Shown: one piece after another, positions 10,962 through 21,527 of the stretch
Layout: each line of letters begins with the position of its first letter
Position numbering within the stretch: position 1 is the stretch's first letter
NCBI GenBank assembly: GCA_000934665.2
Contig: JYFJ02004023.1
Location: 1-35,502 of the forward strand
Direction: 5' to 3'
From: Catajapyx aquilonaris
Taxonomy: Eukaryota
Length of the DNA: 35,502 bases
Translations under genes and position numbers: made by a program
Notes under the pieces: generated by a model
Databases searched by the model: none
Told to the model about the DNA's origin: nothing
Seen by the model: the letters and a program-made list of their open reading frames with translations, nothing else

Positions 10962-11678
10962 CAGGGTCATCAAAAAATAGTGCTCGTATTTTAAAACCCT
11001 ATAACTCGAAGACTTGTAGACATAAATATATCTTAGTCATGTAAGTTCTGAAATGCTAAGAAGGGTCTCAGGTTTTGGTCTCACTTTAGTTTGTTTCGAT
11101 ATGAGCTTTATTTGTCGCTCGGCAGATTTTAAAAGACGGTATTCGGTCTCTTGCCAAACCCGCTTAATCATATCTGGAGTTACCGTTGAAATCCTATCCA
11201 GTAGGTGCTGGATATGATGGGTCTCTACACCACCCACATTGTTCTTGATGATGCACATAAAAAGTCGCCTCATCCATGAAATAAACCTTCCGTAGGAACG
11301 TTTCATTTGTGTAGCCTCCCAGTGTGCCAAGTCTTGAATGAGAAGTTTCTCAATGCCTAGCCCCAACAGGAGCCCAGATCTTACCCCGATTGACTTTCTT
11401 GTGGTGACACATGCATGATGAAAAGATTCGGCATCTCCAGCACCTACGGGAAAAGATTCCAAAGGTAACCACAGATATGATTGAGCGGGTTAGGCACGAC
11501 ATCGATTGCAGTATTTATATTTTTAGAGCGACAGACAGAGCTCATATCGAAACAAACTATGGTAAGACGAAAACTTTAGACGTTTCTTAGCATTTCAAAA
11601 CTTAAATCATTTAGATGTGTCTACGATTTTTCAAGTTATAGGGTTTTAAAATACGCGCATTCTTTTTCGATGACCCTG
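10962..11678. mobile_element. Mariner-derived foldback MITE, copy B (717 bp, TA TSD), both arms made of the transposase 3' end
   Basis: TA-CAGGGTCATC...GATGACCCTG-TA with inverted arms of about 250 bp. The right arm encodes RSPDLTPIDF...IRHLQHLREKI...AHIETN. The left arm on the minus strand encodes IKNNV...IQHLLDRISTVTPDMIKRVWQETEYRL. Confidence 0.92.
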
Positions 11679-11803
11679 TATGTATCAACAATGCAATTAA
11701 AAAGTTTATATGTCATGGCCTAATAATATTAAACGATAAAGTGACATCGAGTTTTTTTCCGATTTGCACTCTTTAACGGTGACTTTTGTCATACTGCAGT
11801 ATT

Positions 11804-12695
11804 TTAAGGGAGGTAGCTCCTAAGTAAGACCGAATATGCCCTCTCAACAATGAATATTTTTCCAATATCTTCTTGTTGCGCTTGCCCTAACTCAAATTCC
11901 ACTGCAGGTAGAGCTTCGAAATTTTGAACCCCTTCATGTAGTGACTTCCTATACCATTAATTTACACTTTTACCGAATTTCTCTTGAGTAGGCCCTACTC
12001 CTCAAAAAATTAAAACCCACTAAAAATACGTTTTATTTAAGGTAAGTGTCCCAGAAGTGGACAGGTTAAGGAAAAATTCACGTCGGACACCCTTTCCATG
12101 GGAATTAGTTTCAGAAATCCGCGAAAAAAATATATCGTTCGAACGCGCAAGAAATTTCTCAGATGAAAATTGCCAATCTCGACTAATTTCGAGGCGTTGA
12201 ACACGAAAATGACAATAAAATTTGTCTATTGGCTCTAGTTTAGGAGACACAGAGAAAAGGAAACATCGCGAATTTCTATGTGAAGTTCAAGTTCAAAATG
12301 TGTTTTTCCGGTTCTTTATCTGCTACAAAAAAGCATCTTTCCAGAAAAACCTTGTTGCTCAATAATTCATGAGATACGGTGGTAAAAAAGTGGTCAAAAG
12401 GTCAAAAATTGATCCATTTTGCAAGGATCTGATGAAGTTGGATTTCATGAGTGATATCGCATATCGGCGAGGTTTTTGGTGGATAAAGGTTTCTTTGCAT
12501 GAGGAAAACAATGGTAAAGCTGTCAATTATGAATTATGAAATATAAATGCACTTTTCAGGGAAGAGGAAGGGGGAAAGCATCAAAAATTAGTAAAAGACA
12601 GTATTTTCTAGTGAATGAAAGCAAATAGTGTTTTGAGACGTTCACCCAGACACCCAAGGTAGTGAATTTTTTATTATTCGTTAGCGGAACCTTCA
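11804..12695. mobile_element. Probable decayed non-autonomous DNA element (TTAA-GG start, Kolobok-like)
   Basis: TTAAGGGAGGTAGC start, TE-like non-coding interior and a possible degenerate end GCGGAACCTTCAA. Termini match poorly. Confidence 0.25.
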
Positions 12696-13064
12696 AATCA
12701 TTAAGAAATGACTACTTTATTCGGCAACGTCGCGTCGGCAGTATAAGCGGACCTTTACTGGTAGCCTACACACCACATGTATATATAGGCGTATTACTCC
12801 ATTATGTAAGAAACTATTGCGGATTTCTTAGGAATCATAGCCAATTTTGGATTTTTATTGTCATATTCGTGATCAGCACATTGAAATATTTAATAAATAT
12901 CTACTTTATTCTCAGAAATTTCACATTTGTCAGAATGTGTTGCCCAGTGATACTGGCTCTTTCCTCCAGTGCATATTCGTGCCACATTAAACATATTAAT
13001 TCTGCATGAAATATTTTTATATGCAAGTGTGCAAAAATGCTCCAGTTGTGAACAGCCAAAACGA

Positions 13065-13125
13065 TGACTGTTCCAGTTGTGGACGCCACCCATGTCCCAG
13101 TTGTGGACAGCCTCCATACACCGTA
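13065..13125. mobile_element. Right terminus of a TA-targeting DNA element with a tandem TGTYCCAGTTGTGGAC repeat
   Basis: TGTTCCAGTTGTGGAC and TGTCCCAGTTGTGGAC precede CCTCCATACACCG-TA. A third degenerate copy lies at about 13038. Confidence 0.45.
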
Positions 13126-13339
13126 TTTACTGAGATTGTGTCAATATCATCAGGGATGCGTAAGTTTTACACCATGTCTGTTTAGCATCACTTAATAGAA
13201 TGATTAATTTTATTCTGAATAATCATCCGAATGTCCGAATCCGAAAAAAGGGATGTGACGTTGCCAGATTGCACTTGTTTTTTTGTTGTTGTTTTTTAGC
13301 TTCTCAGTCTCGGCAGGTCTCGAGCGTGGACTGTCAAGG

Positions 13340-13385
13340 GGCGTGGCGGAGACTTAAATAACATTATTTAAGTCTCCTCCACGCC
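13340..13385. repeat. Near-perfect hairpin, 22-bp arms, 2-nt loop, with looser outer arms to about 13317-13401
   Basis: GGCGTGGCGGAGACTTAAATAA-CA-TTATTTAAGTCTCCTCCACGCC (1 mismatch). Outer arms GGTCTCGAGCGTGGAC / GTCCACCTTTGAGACC. Confidence 0.9.
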
Positions 13386-13485
13386 GTCCACCTTTGAGAC
13401 CACGTCCACTACTGGTACACCTACCTTATTTGCTCACTATTCAGAATGTGTTCGGAATTCTGTTTCTTCGTCAAAGGGTCGAATG

Positions 13486-13720
13486 TGTAATATGACAGTG
13501 TGGACAGTGTGGTGTCCCACGAGTGCACGTCGGAGACACCACTAAATAATCATACACAGGACAGCTTTTAATAAGGACTATATTCTACAAAAGAGTACTT
13601 AGACGGTCACAATACATCTCTCATCCCAAACAATCTCAACACACTATGTACACATTGCTCCCGTAGAAACTTTAACCATATAGGACAACAATCCACCTGA
13701 CAACAAACTCAATCACTACA
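13486..13720. mobile_element. Possible solo LTR
   Basis: TGTAATA start and ATCACTACA end. Flanks GAATG / GTAATG are only an imperfect TSD. Confidence 0.35.
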
Positions 13721-16246
13721 GTAATGTTATTGCATCTCCCCACTTTCCCATTATAACACCCCATTTGAAGGGATCTGAGGCAATCAGTATTACAAAATCA
13801 TCAATTCAATTACGGCAGTAATAGTGACTGTGGAATTGAGTGCTACATCCACTTCTAGAAGAAGACGTATAATTTTGACAAAATAATAAAAAACCATTGG
13901 CGTTCCAATGGCTTAACTTCAAAATAAGTTCCAAATTATTCGTGACATACAACTCACGCTATAAGTATTGTGAAGTGTAAAAAGCAGAAAACATTGTCAA
14001 ACTTTTTTATGTAACATTACTGTATATTTAGAACACAAGAATTAAAATTAATGCAAGCGTGTTAAAGAGTAATGTCCATAAATTCCATTCCCGTACAAAA
14101 ACTATCACATTTGAATTCCTGGTGCAAATGACTCTGCTGCAACACTCCCCACCCCTCCCTCTCACCCCCCACCTCCCCACAACTTCTCTCCCCAAGATCC
14201 ATTTTTATTGAAATGGCCCCCGTCGGATTTAAGTCACTTCCTACATAGACCATTAAACTGTTTTGATGTAAATTTTATGGCGCGTTTCATATTCACTCGG
14301 GATTGTCATAAAAAATGTGCGGCCTGTTAGAAGAAAAAAAATGACGAGAGTGTTATTCCGTGCACCCTCATGCAAAATGAAAGGACAAAGAGAATGGCGT
14401 GGAAAATATTGCCGTTGCAGGACTTTTCGCCGACTTTTTAGGTGATGTTCAACTACTACAACTGTATATATTTTAGGCCTGAAAGTAATAATGACGCTGA
14501 ATAAACTGGCGGAATTACAGACGATGTTCATTATTGTTATAATGGGCCCTGCTTTCATTGTAATTGCCGATTTGGTTACAATTACACACAATACTCTATT
14601 CTTCTTTTTGCCTTTTTACCACGATGCCAATTAGGCGCAAGCATTCTTAAAGCCATTCAAATATTTGCATTTGTCGAGTTACACTCCAGAGCAGTACGGT
14701 TCATTATTAGGTTTATTATAACAAGTCATTCACCTTCTGCAACGCCAACCTGATTTTGGGGCAATATTGCCCTGAAAGGTTATGGAGCTACTAGGTTCTA
14801 GGTATAGTACGGAATTAAATTACTTTTACTGAAAATAAATATGTCCATGTGGTGGACACTAACGCAATTTGGCCACCATGGCGATATGCGCTAAATAAAA
14901 TTAAAAGTAGGTAATATGATTGGATCACAGTGTAATGCATTAGGCCCCATAGGGTCAGAAACCTTGCGCATCGTTCAATAACATGTGTGGAATAAAAATT
15001 GGCATGGGTTCACCATACAGGTCCATCACTTCACCGCGATAATTAAAGATGATATGATGATTAGAAGGTTTCAGAATAATATTAGTACTCGCTTACATCG
15101 TCCTGATAATATCTGCCAGTGTTGAATTTTTATAGTTTTTACTGCACAACTACATACCCAGTCCATAATATAATTTGTATACGAAAAATGAAAGTCTTAT
15201 CAAGAACTTTGCTCATTGAGAAATCTTTACCTATATACGGTAAGCTTTAAAAAAATACAATATACATATAGCCAAACTGTCCGGTAGAGGTTATATTGGA
15301 TCATTAAAAGCAGCTTGTAATATGTAGGCTATGTTCTCACTACCTTAAACACACCAGTTGTTAAATAGAGTATCCTACCTTACTTGCAACCAAAACCGTC
15401 CAATAAGCACTTGAAATTTAATTGTGTAGTAAATTGCATCTGAAATGTGATCCTGGATGGCATTCAAGCATGATACCCAAAAATCGTGCCCCACCAAAAC
15501 ACGCAATATGGCCAACCAAATCCGGAACTGAAGCTCTCCTAGCTCTTTCTGGTTAGCTCCTCCCAGCACTACCCCAACCCTCTCTCCAAGCCCTATTATT
15601 ATCAGGGACAGGGCGCAGCTAGTATCTGGCAGAAAATAATGACATGCAAAAGAGATAACGCGTGGCCGGCTTATTGCTTTTCATAATCAAGTTTGTAGCC
15701 GGGAAACATGGGGCTCCGCTCCGGATAATAATAACCAGGGAGGAATATTCGGACCCCAAATGATGCCCTCTCTCCAACCCACTCATCCCCTCCTTTTACC
15801 CCTACTCCACCTCCTTTCTTATGTACGGTACTCGAGCAGAAAATCGCTCTATTTCATTACAGTTCAGATTTGTATGGCTCTAGCTAATACATGCTTTGGA
15901 TCACATATGACGTTATGATTTGGTGAGATTTGACCTCCCTAGATCATCACTCCTGACGCCGAGAGGGCGCCTCAGGGTCGTGGTACACAATAATACACGG
16001 GTTGCTAACAACCTGTTTATTAGAACCGACCTCTACAGAGGCTGCTTCAGTAGCTTCACGACTAACTACAAACTTACCAGCCTTCCTCCAGGTCCCCACC
16101 TGGTAACCCCCCCCCCCCATCCTTTGGCCAAATTGCCCACAACTAACCCCATCTACTGGATGCGGTATAATTTTCAGTGGGAATGTGGAATAGAAACCAG
16201 TGTATTCTTATGCGCTGTATATTTTTAAATTTCCACGTTGTACAGT

Positions 16247-17094
16247 TTAATATCCGGTCTTAATAATTTCAGTCTTGACATTACTCTCCTCTGCAGCAGC
16301 GTTGGCTTCTGCTACCCTGATGACTTCCAGAGCTTTCAGGATGGCCTCGGGCGTTGGGGGTGGGGTAGGCAGATGGTCACCTTGCACACGAAAGCCGTTT
16401 TCGTCGGCGGTGTAGGTCAGGGCGAAGGTTTTGCCCTCAGGACTGGTCCAGGCCACCTGTCCAGTCTTGACCTGGAGGGACTCTTCGGGACCAACTACAG
16501 TCAGGCTTCCGGATTCAACCTGGCGGATACCATTGGCCGATTCAAACCTGTCAAGGTAATGTTAATTAATAATATAATTATTTTGGAATGGGAGCATAAA
16601 AGGGAGAACGACTTACACCCGATATTCCTTTATAAAATTTGTAATCAAATAGGAAATATGCACGAAGTGCTTGACAAACCTGTCATGGTGTAAATATCAA
16701 TACAGTAATATATTTATAATTATTATCCTTGCCAGTAATGATGCAGAGAGTAGTTAAAAGTAGCACTAATAAAGCTACTTAGACTTACTTGAAGTCATAG
16801 TTTCCGACGTTGTCGTTGTTGACCTCTGCCCTGACTATTGGGATAAGCGGCACGTTGGTGACCACTGGAGTAGTGTCGTAGGTGCTGGCCACTTTGACCT
16901 CCGGCGTCATCTCATATCGGGACCCATAAGTTCCGCAGTGCACCGCAACTACCAAAGACAGGATGGCAACCTGCAAAAGGATTGTACAAAATATTTACAA
17001 CTTGAAATCACAGCACTTCTCCCGAATAGCAATTTTTGCACAAAAATTACCCATGTAGTAAAAAACAAGGAAAGATTCTCACCAACTTGTACAT
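16247..17094 (-). CDS. RR-1 cuticular protein (Chitin_bind_4 / endocuticle structural glycoprotein-like), 3 exons, 164 aa
   Basis: Exon 1 is 17094-17083 (MYKL, CAAC-ATG context, donor GTGAGA). Exon 2 is 16970-16789 (acceptor TTTTGCAG, donor GTAAGT). Exon 3 is 16547-16247 (acceptor TTGACAG, stop TAA). 12+182+301=495 nt, in frame. Signal peptide MYKLVAILSLVVAVHC. Extended R&R region YDFKFESANGIRQVESG...GQVAWTSPEGKTFALTYTADENGFRVQGDHLPTPPP fits G-x8-G-x6-Y-x-A-x-E-x-G-F-x7-P-x2-P, followed by the RR-1-typical PTPPPxPEAILKALE. A 4-codon first exon is typical of cuticle genes. Confidence 0.95.
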
Positions 17095-17141
17095 GTTGAA
17101 TGGCAAATAAGCGGATGTAAGCAGGTAGAACTGTTGAGGTG

Positions 17142-17178
17142 AACTGATGCTCCATGAATAGTGACCATCCCTTTTATA
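17142..17178 (-). promoter_or_regulatory. Core promoter of cuticle gene: TATA box plus arthropod initiator
   Basis: Minus strand TATAAAAG at 17178-17171 and TCAGTT initiator at 17147-17142 (A at 17145, 33 nt from the first T of the TATA box), about 50 nt upstream of the ATG. Confidence 0.85.
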
Positions 17179-18261
17179 TGCCAGTCGCTGACCTTCCAAA
17201 AACACCGTTTTAGTCTTATGAGGCTTGCCCAAAAGCGGTGAAAGTGAGCAGACAGGTAAACAACTACGGGGCAAAAATCCGTGGCACCATTTTGACTTTC
17301 CTTCCCTCCCCATCCTCCTCAGCACCCACTCCTTTTGTGCATGCACTTAGTCCCTCGAAAAGTGTGGTTTTTGGACGGGGCTATGAAGTCAACGAGGTTT
17401 GCAGCCCAGAAATTGAACAAGTCAGCTTTTATGGCACACTTGAAATTTTTCCATTCTTCCATCCGCTCATTGCGTATTCCATTTTGCTGCTGGAAAACGC
17501 TGCACAAAGAGACTCATACATGATTTAGTGGCCAGCTTTGCGCCAGATGAGAGGCGCAGCCTGCAAATCTACAGTGAGACATGTTTGGTTGCACTGTGGC
17601 TTTTGCCACTGGGAACACACTCAGATGAACTTTGCTTAATGTTCGATCACGAGCCTTTTCCCCATAAACTGCATCCAGTACGAATTGCAAAATGAATAGG
17701 TTTTTGCATTATTTTGGTAAATAATTGGTTCATCTACTGTACAGGACGTGGACAAATCGGAAATATTGATTTAGTGGCTTAATTTTGGTTTTATTTTTGC
17801 CTTGCAAATATGTTTTACTTGGCGAGATTTACACTAGTTCAAAATAAAACTGGACAGCACATTCAAGTAAAATGAATGTTTTATGTGGCATAATGTGTAG
17901 TATGTAGTTACTTGACTCTTATTCGTCTTTGTTGATTGTATGCATTATTTTTTGCATTATTTTTACTGATATAATGATCTTGTGGAAGTACAGCTCGTAA
18001 GCTCTGCTTCTTGGTATAAAATAACTCAAGTTTCTAGTATAGTTTAGACAGGTGCTTAGCACAAAATATTGAAATAACGAGGCGTAAAATAGATTTTCGA
18101 AGGTAGGCCTTGCTCACTGATTAATAACACTAGGGAACAAAATTGAACTTCTTTTTTGGCCCATGTAAATGAATGTACGATTCCTATTCTGTTTTTTGCG
18201 CTGATTTCAAATTTGTTAACGAATTTTTTTACGTTACCCCGTGATAGGGCCATGTGACCTT

Positions 18262-18742
18262 ATAGGGAGTGGAATACCACCATTTTTCCTGGAATTTTCT
18301 GAATTTTTCTTTTAACTCCGGTGCAAGGATGAAAAGAACATGTGGTAAGGATTGGGAATTTTGGGGAGGGGACACAGGTGCAAGTGCAATGTCGGAAATG
18401 GGTCATGTGCTGTCCCCCAGAAGGCTAGGTTGCCAAGACGCCTTCTTAGGCGCGGGCTTCTTGTTTTCTGTATATATTTTCGACTTCATTCTCCGGTGAA
18501 AGAAAACAGGGACATTGGGAAAGGATTATTATTAGGGATTTTTGGGGAGGGAACATGGGTGCAAGTGCAATGTCGGTAAAGGAGTCATGTGCTGTTCCCC
18601 AGGAGGTTAGGTTGCCAGACACCTCCTTGGTGCAGGTCAGAGACCCTCCTGACGCAGGTGAAAGGAAAGTTCCCCAGGCGGGGATCGAACTTGGGACCTT
18701 TCACTCAGCAAGCCGAGACGTTACCATCTCGGCCTGTTGACC
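18262..18742 (-). mobile_element. tRNA-derived SINE with an internally duplicated core
   Basis: Minus-strand head GGTCAACAGGCCGAGATGGTAACGTCTCGGCTTGCTGAGTGAAAGGTCCCAAGTTCGATCCCCGCC has A- and B-boxes. A ~100-bp core is present twice (about 18350-18452 and 18533-18633). 3' end ATGGTGGTATTCCACTCCCTATA. Confidence 0.85.
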
Positions 18743-19272
18743 ATAATTATATTAGTCGTACTGAGCAATGTGCAGTGTATTTTCCGCAATATAAGGTATG
18801 GTTGTTACAAAAAAATTGAGAGGTATGGACACTTTCTGACTTCATATTCGGAATCAGCGCGTGTGAATGCATTAGAAACAACTAAAATTGTTCATGAGCC
18901 AAAAACCTTGTTGACTAGTGTAATTTCAGTTATATTAATGATTTCCGACGCTATTTGAAAGGTAGAGCACTCATGTCAGTTAAATATAATGATGAAATAA
19001 TAATATTGGAAATGACCTTTTCCTTCCCTGAGTAACCCTATAACGGATTTTATTCTGCGTTTGGTTTGTCACTGTTTCTGACTGCCTATTAATGTTATTT
19101 CTGGCATTTTGTCAGCGAGTACAACATCATCAACGCAAATTAAAGTGACATTTTGATCCACAATCTTATTCACCAAAACATGTCCATATACCTACAATAT
19201 TTTATACACCTGCTGGCTAGTGTGAGTTCATTATTTTTGATCTACATGGCTGTGTAGGGAACATAGACTATA

Positions 19273-19690
19273 CAGGGTGTATCTGAACTCAGTGCCCCGA
19301 CGTATATGACTGCCTTCCTAGCCACCAGAGGATCGATTTAAGTATATAGGAGTCATTACCGCCGCATTACGGAGATAATTGGCCGCAAACTTGAGTACAA
19401 AATATCCTGTCGGTTAGGCCACCCATCGAACCCTCCCCCAGTCAGAAGGCTCTGGAAGGTCTGGGGGCCGGACTTTGGTGGTTTGTTGCCCACAGATGGT
19501 AAGGTCTCTTTGGCTAGTTACACCAGAAAATTCTATTTAAAAGTCAGAAGGAGCGATTAGGCAAAAATCGCTAAAGAGTGTATCTCAGTAATGAGGCTGC
19601 CCAGACATATGATTCCTATACTTAAATCGATCCTCTGGTGGCTAGGAAGGCAGTCATATACGTCGGGGCACTGAGTTCAGATACACCCTG
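19273..19690. mobile_element. Young mariner-like MITE (418 bp), ~72-bp perfect TIRs, TA TSD
   Basis: TA-CAGGGTGTATCTGAACTCAGTGCCCCGACG...CGTCGGGGCACTGAGTTCAGATACACCCTG-TA. Confidence 0.95.
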
Positions 19691-19703
19691 TATATATACA
19701 CTA

Positions 19704-19994
19704 CTCTCTAAAAAAATAAGAGTTAAATTAACTCTTTTAAACCTTGAAAGTGGTCATTACCAAAAATGAGTTATAATAACTCTTTGCTGGAGTTAAAACA
19801 ACTCTTTTAGTTCATTTCATCCTCCGAAAGAGTGAATTAATAACTCTTTTCGGAGGATGAAATGAACTAAAAGAGTTATTTTAACTCCAGCAAAGAGTTA
19901 TTATAACTCATTTTTGGTAATGACCACTTTCAAGGTTTAAAAGAGTTAATTTAACTCTTATTGAGTTTTTTTTAACTCTACTTTTTTTAGAGAG
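19704..19994. mobile_element. Fully palindromic MITE (291 bp) with repeated GAGTT-N5-AACTC sites, TA TSD
   Basis: TA-CTCTCTAAAAAAA...TTTTTTTAGAGAG-TA. The arms are near-perfect reverse complements with about 8 GAGTTnnnnnAACTC mini-palindromes. Confidence 0.93.
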
Positions 19995-20469
19995 TACCTG
20001 TCAAATAATTTAGGCCAAAGGCATCCTGACGCTATGTAACCATCAGCATTTGTGTTTCTTTCCAATGGATTTTAGCTTGGGCGACTCGTGAGTTGCATAA
20101 CGACAGAATAGCCTAAGTTACGTCTGGTCAATTTTTTTCACATACAGTACTATGCATTGCCATGGAATGCAAATTGCGAAATAATGAGCATAATCTCTCT
20201 CGAATTCGAAGGCAATCTCTTAAATGTTAATGGTGTACATTGTGATACCGGTACCCCAACGAGCCAAATTCGTAATGTGTCAATATAGGGCTTCTTCGTG
20301 AATAAACTTCCGTGCAGTTCATTTATACTGTATAGACCTGCTATACGCTGTACCTCAGATTTTCCTGCTTGTCAATGAGGACATGGAAAATGTTAATGCA
20401 GGATGCCAGAATCATAAAATAATGTCACTTGGTTGATGTACCGGTCCGCACGAATATTATTTTTGAACG

Positions 20470-20990
20470 TTTTCTGCTCTTGGAGTGTTGATGCCAGTGA
20501 CAGCAAGATGCTCTAGACCAACCCTATGACACTCCTCGAATACGGTAGTATAATAACTGTGTCACATCGTTCGCTAAGACGCCATCTTGTGCAAAGTGCA
20601 ACTCCTGTGGTAGCTGGTAGCGTGTAGTCTGCCGCGATTGGCTGGATCTTTCTTTCCTTCTGCAGACTTACCACTAGAGTGCACCTTGAAAAAGATGGCA
20701 GATAGCGAACGATGTAGCGCCGCCAGCGCCAAATTCCCAGCCTGGCGATCACACAGTAATTAACCTACCGTATCCATACAACTAGGTGGGGAAGTGACAG
20801 GGGGCTGCTCGAGACATCCTATGAATGTCAAAATGCCCAGCAATTGTACAGTTCTTCCATAACGTTACTTCCATTACTGTTGATTACAAATCTCACAATG
20901 CACTGGCGTGAATCGGCTGTGACTTGTCCCAATCCGACAGTCGATTTCAAAAGTTCAATGACAGCCTCTAAGGCCATGGGCAGCCTGCTG
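20470..20990 (-). mobile_element. Possible decayed CRE-clade non-LTR retrotransposon RT fragment
   Basis: Frameshifted minus-strand pieces F-T-P-V-H, AGNLA, FQGA and LVVSLQKERKIQPIAADYTL resemble the GLrPqHl...aG.lp...ffGa.LvaL.K..ggiRPIAvG.TLRRL stretch preceding the RT core in CRE-type elements. Confidence 0.45.
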
Positions 20991-21039
20991 CCCTTACTGA
21001 CGCTACGCAAAGGTTTAGTACCATCGTCAGTATAGCCTG

Positions 21040-21527
21040 CAGGGTGTTTCTTACGAGTAGGTAAAGCCGCAAGTGGCATATTTTTTTTGGCGCAAACCAA
21101 GTCTAAGATGTGTGTGGGGGAGATGTCGAGGGACCTACCTGTAACGAGGTAGACGACCCGAAACATTGACCTACCCCTAGACACAGGCTGCAACACACAC
21201 GACGCCTCTTTGTAGGTAGATCTCCTGGAAGATGGACCCGAGCGCCCTTCAGTGGTTGCATAGGATATGGTCATGATTATCACGCTCCTATCTTGCTCCC
21301 TAGGCAACCCCTGTAAGGTTGGCGTGCCCAGCTGCCGGGAGATCTCCTTACAAAGAGGCGTCGTGTGTGTTGCCGCCTACTGTGTCTAGGGGTAGGCCAA
21401 TGTTTCGGGTCGTCTACCTCGTTACAGGTTGGTCCCTCGATATTTCTCTCTCCTACATTATTTTATACTTATTTTGGGCCAAGGATTACGCTGCCTGCCG
21501 CTTGACCTACCTGCAAGAAACATCCTG
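21040..21527. mobile_element. Mariner-like MITE (488 bp) with ~190-bp inverted arms
   Basis: TG-CAGGGTGTTTCTTAC...GCAAGAAACATCCTG-TA. Internal match CCTGTAACGAGGTAGACGACCCGAAACATTG / CAATGTTTCGGGTCGTCTACCTCGTTACAGG. A diverged relative lies at 31316. Confidence 0.9.

Noticed and set aside
11037..11462. 141-aa ORF as a functional transposase
   Set aside because: A chimera of antisense and sense reads across the foldback junction. Only a decayed C-terminal piece is real.
15905..16170. Solo LTR downstream of the cuticle gene
   Set aside because: LTR-like composition, but I could not place TG...CA termini with a TSD.
16238..16693. 151-aa plus-strand ORF
   Set aside because: Antisense shadow of cuticle exon 3 plus intron, with no independent features.
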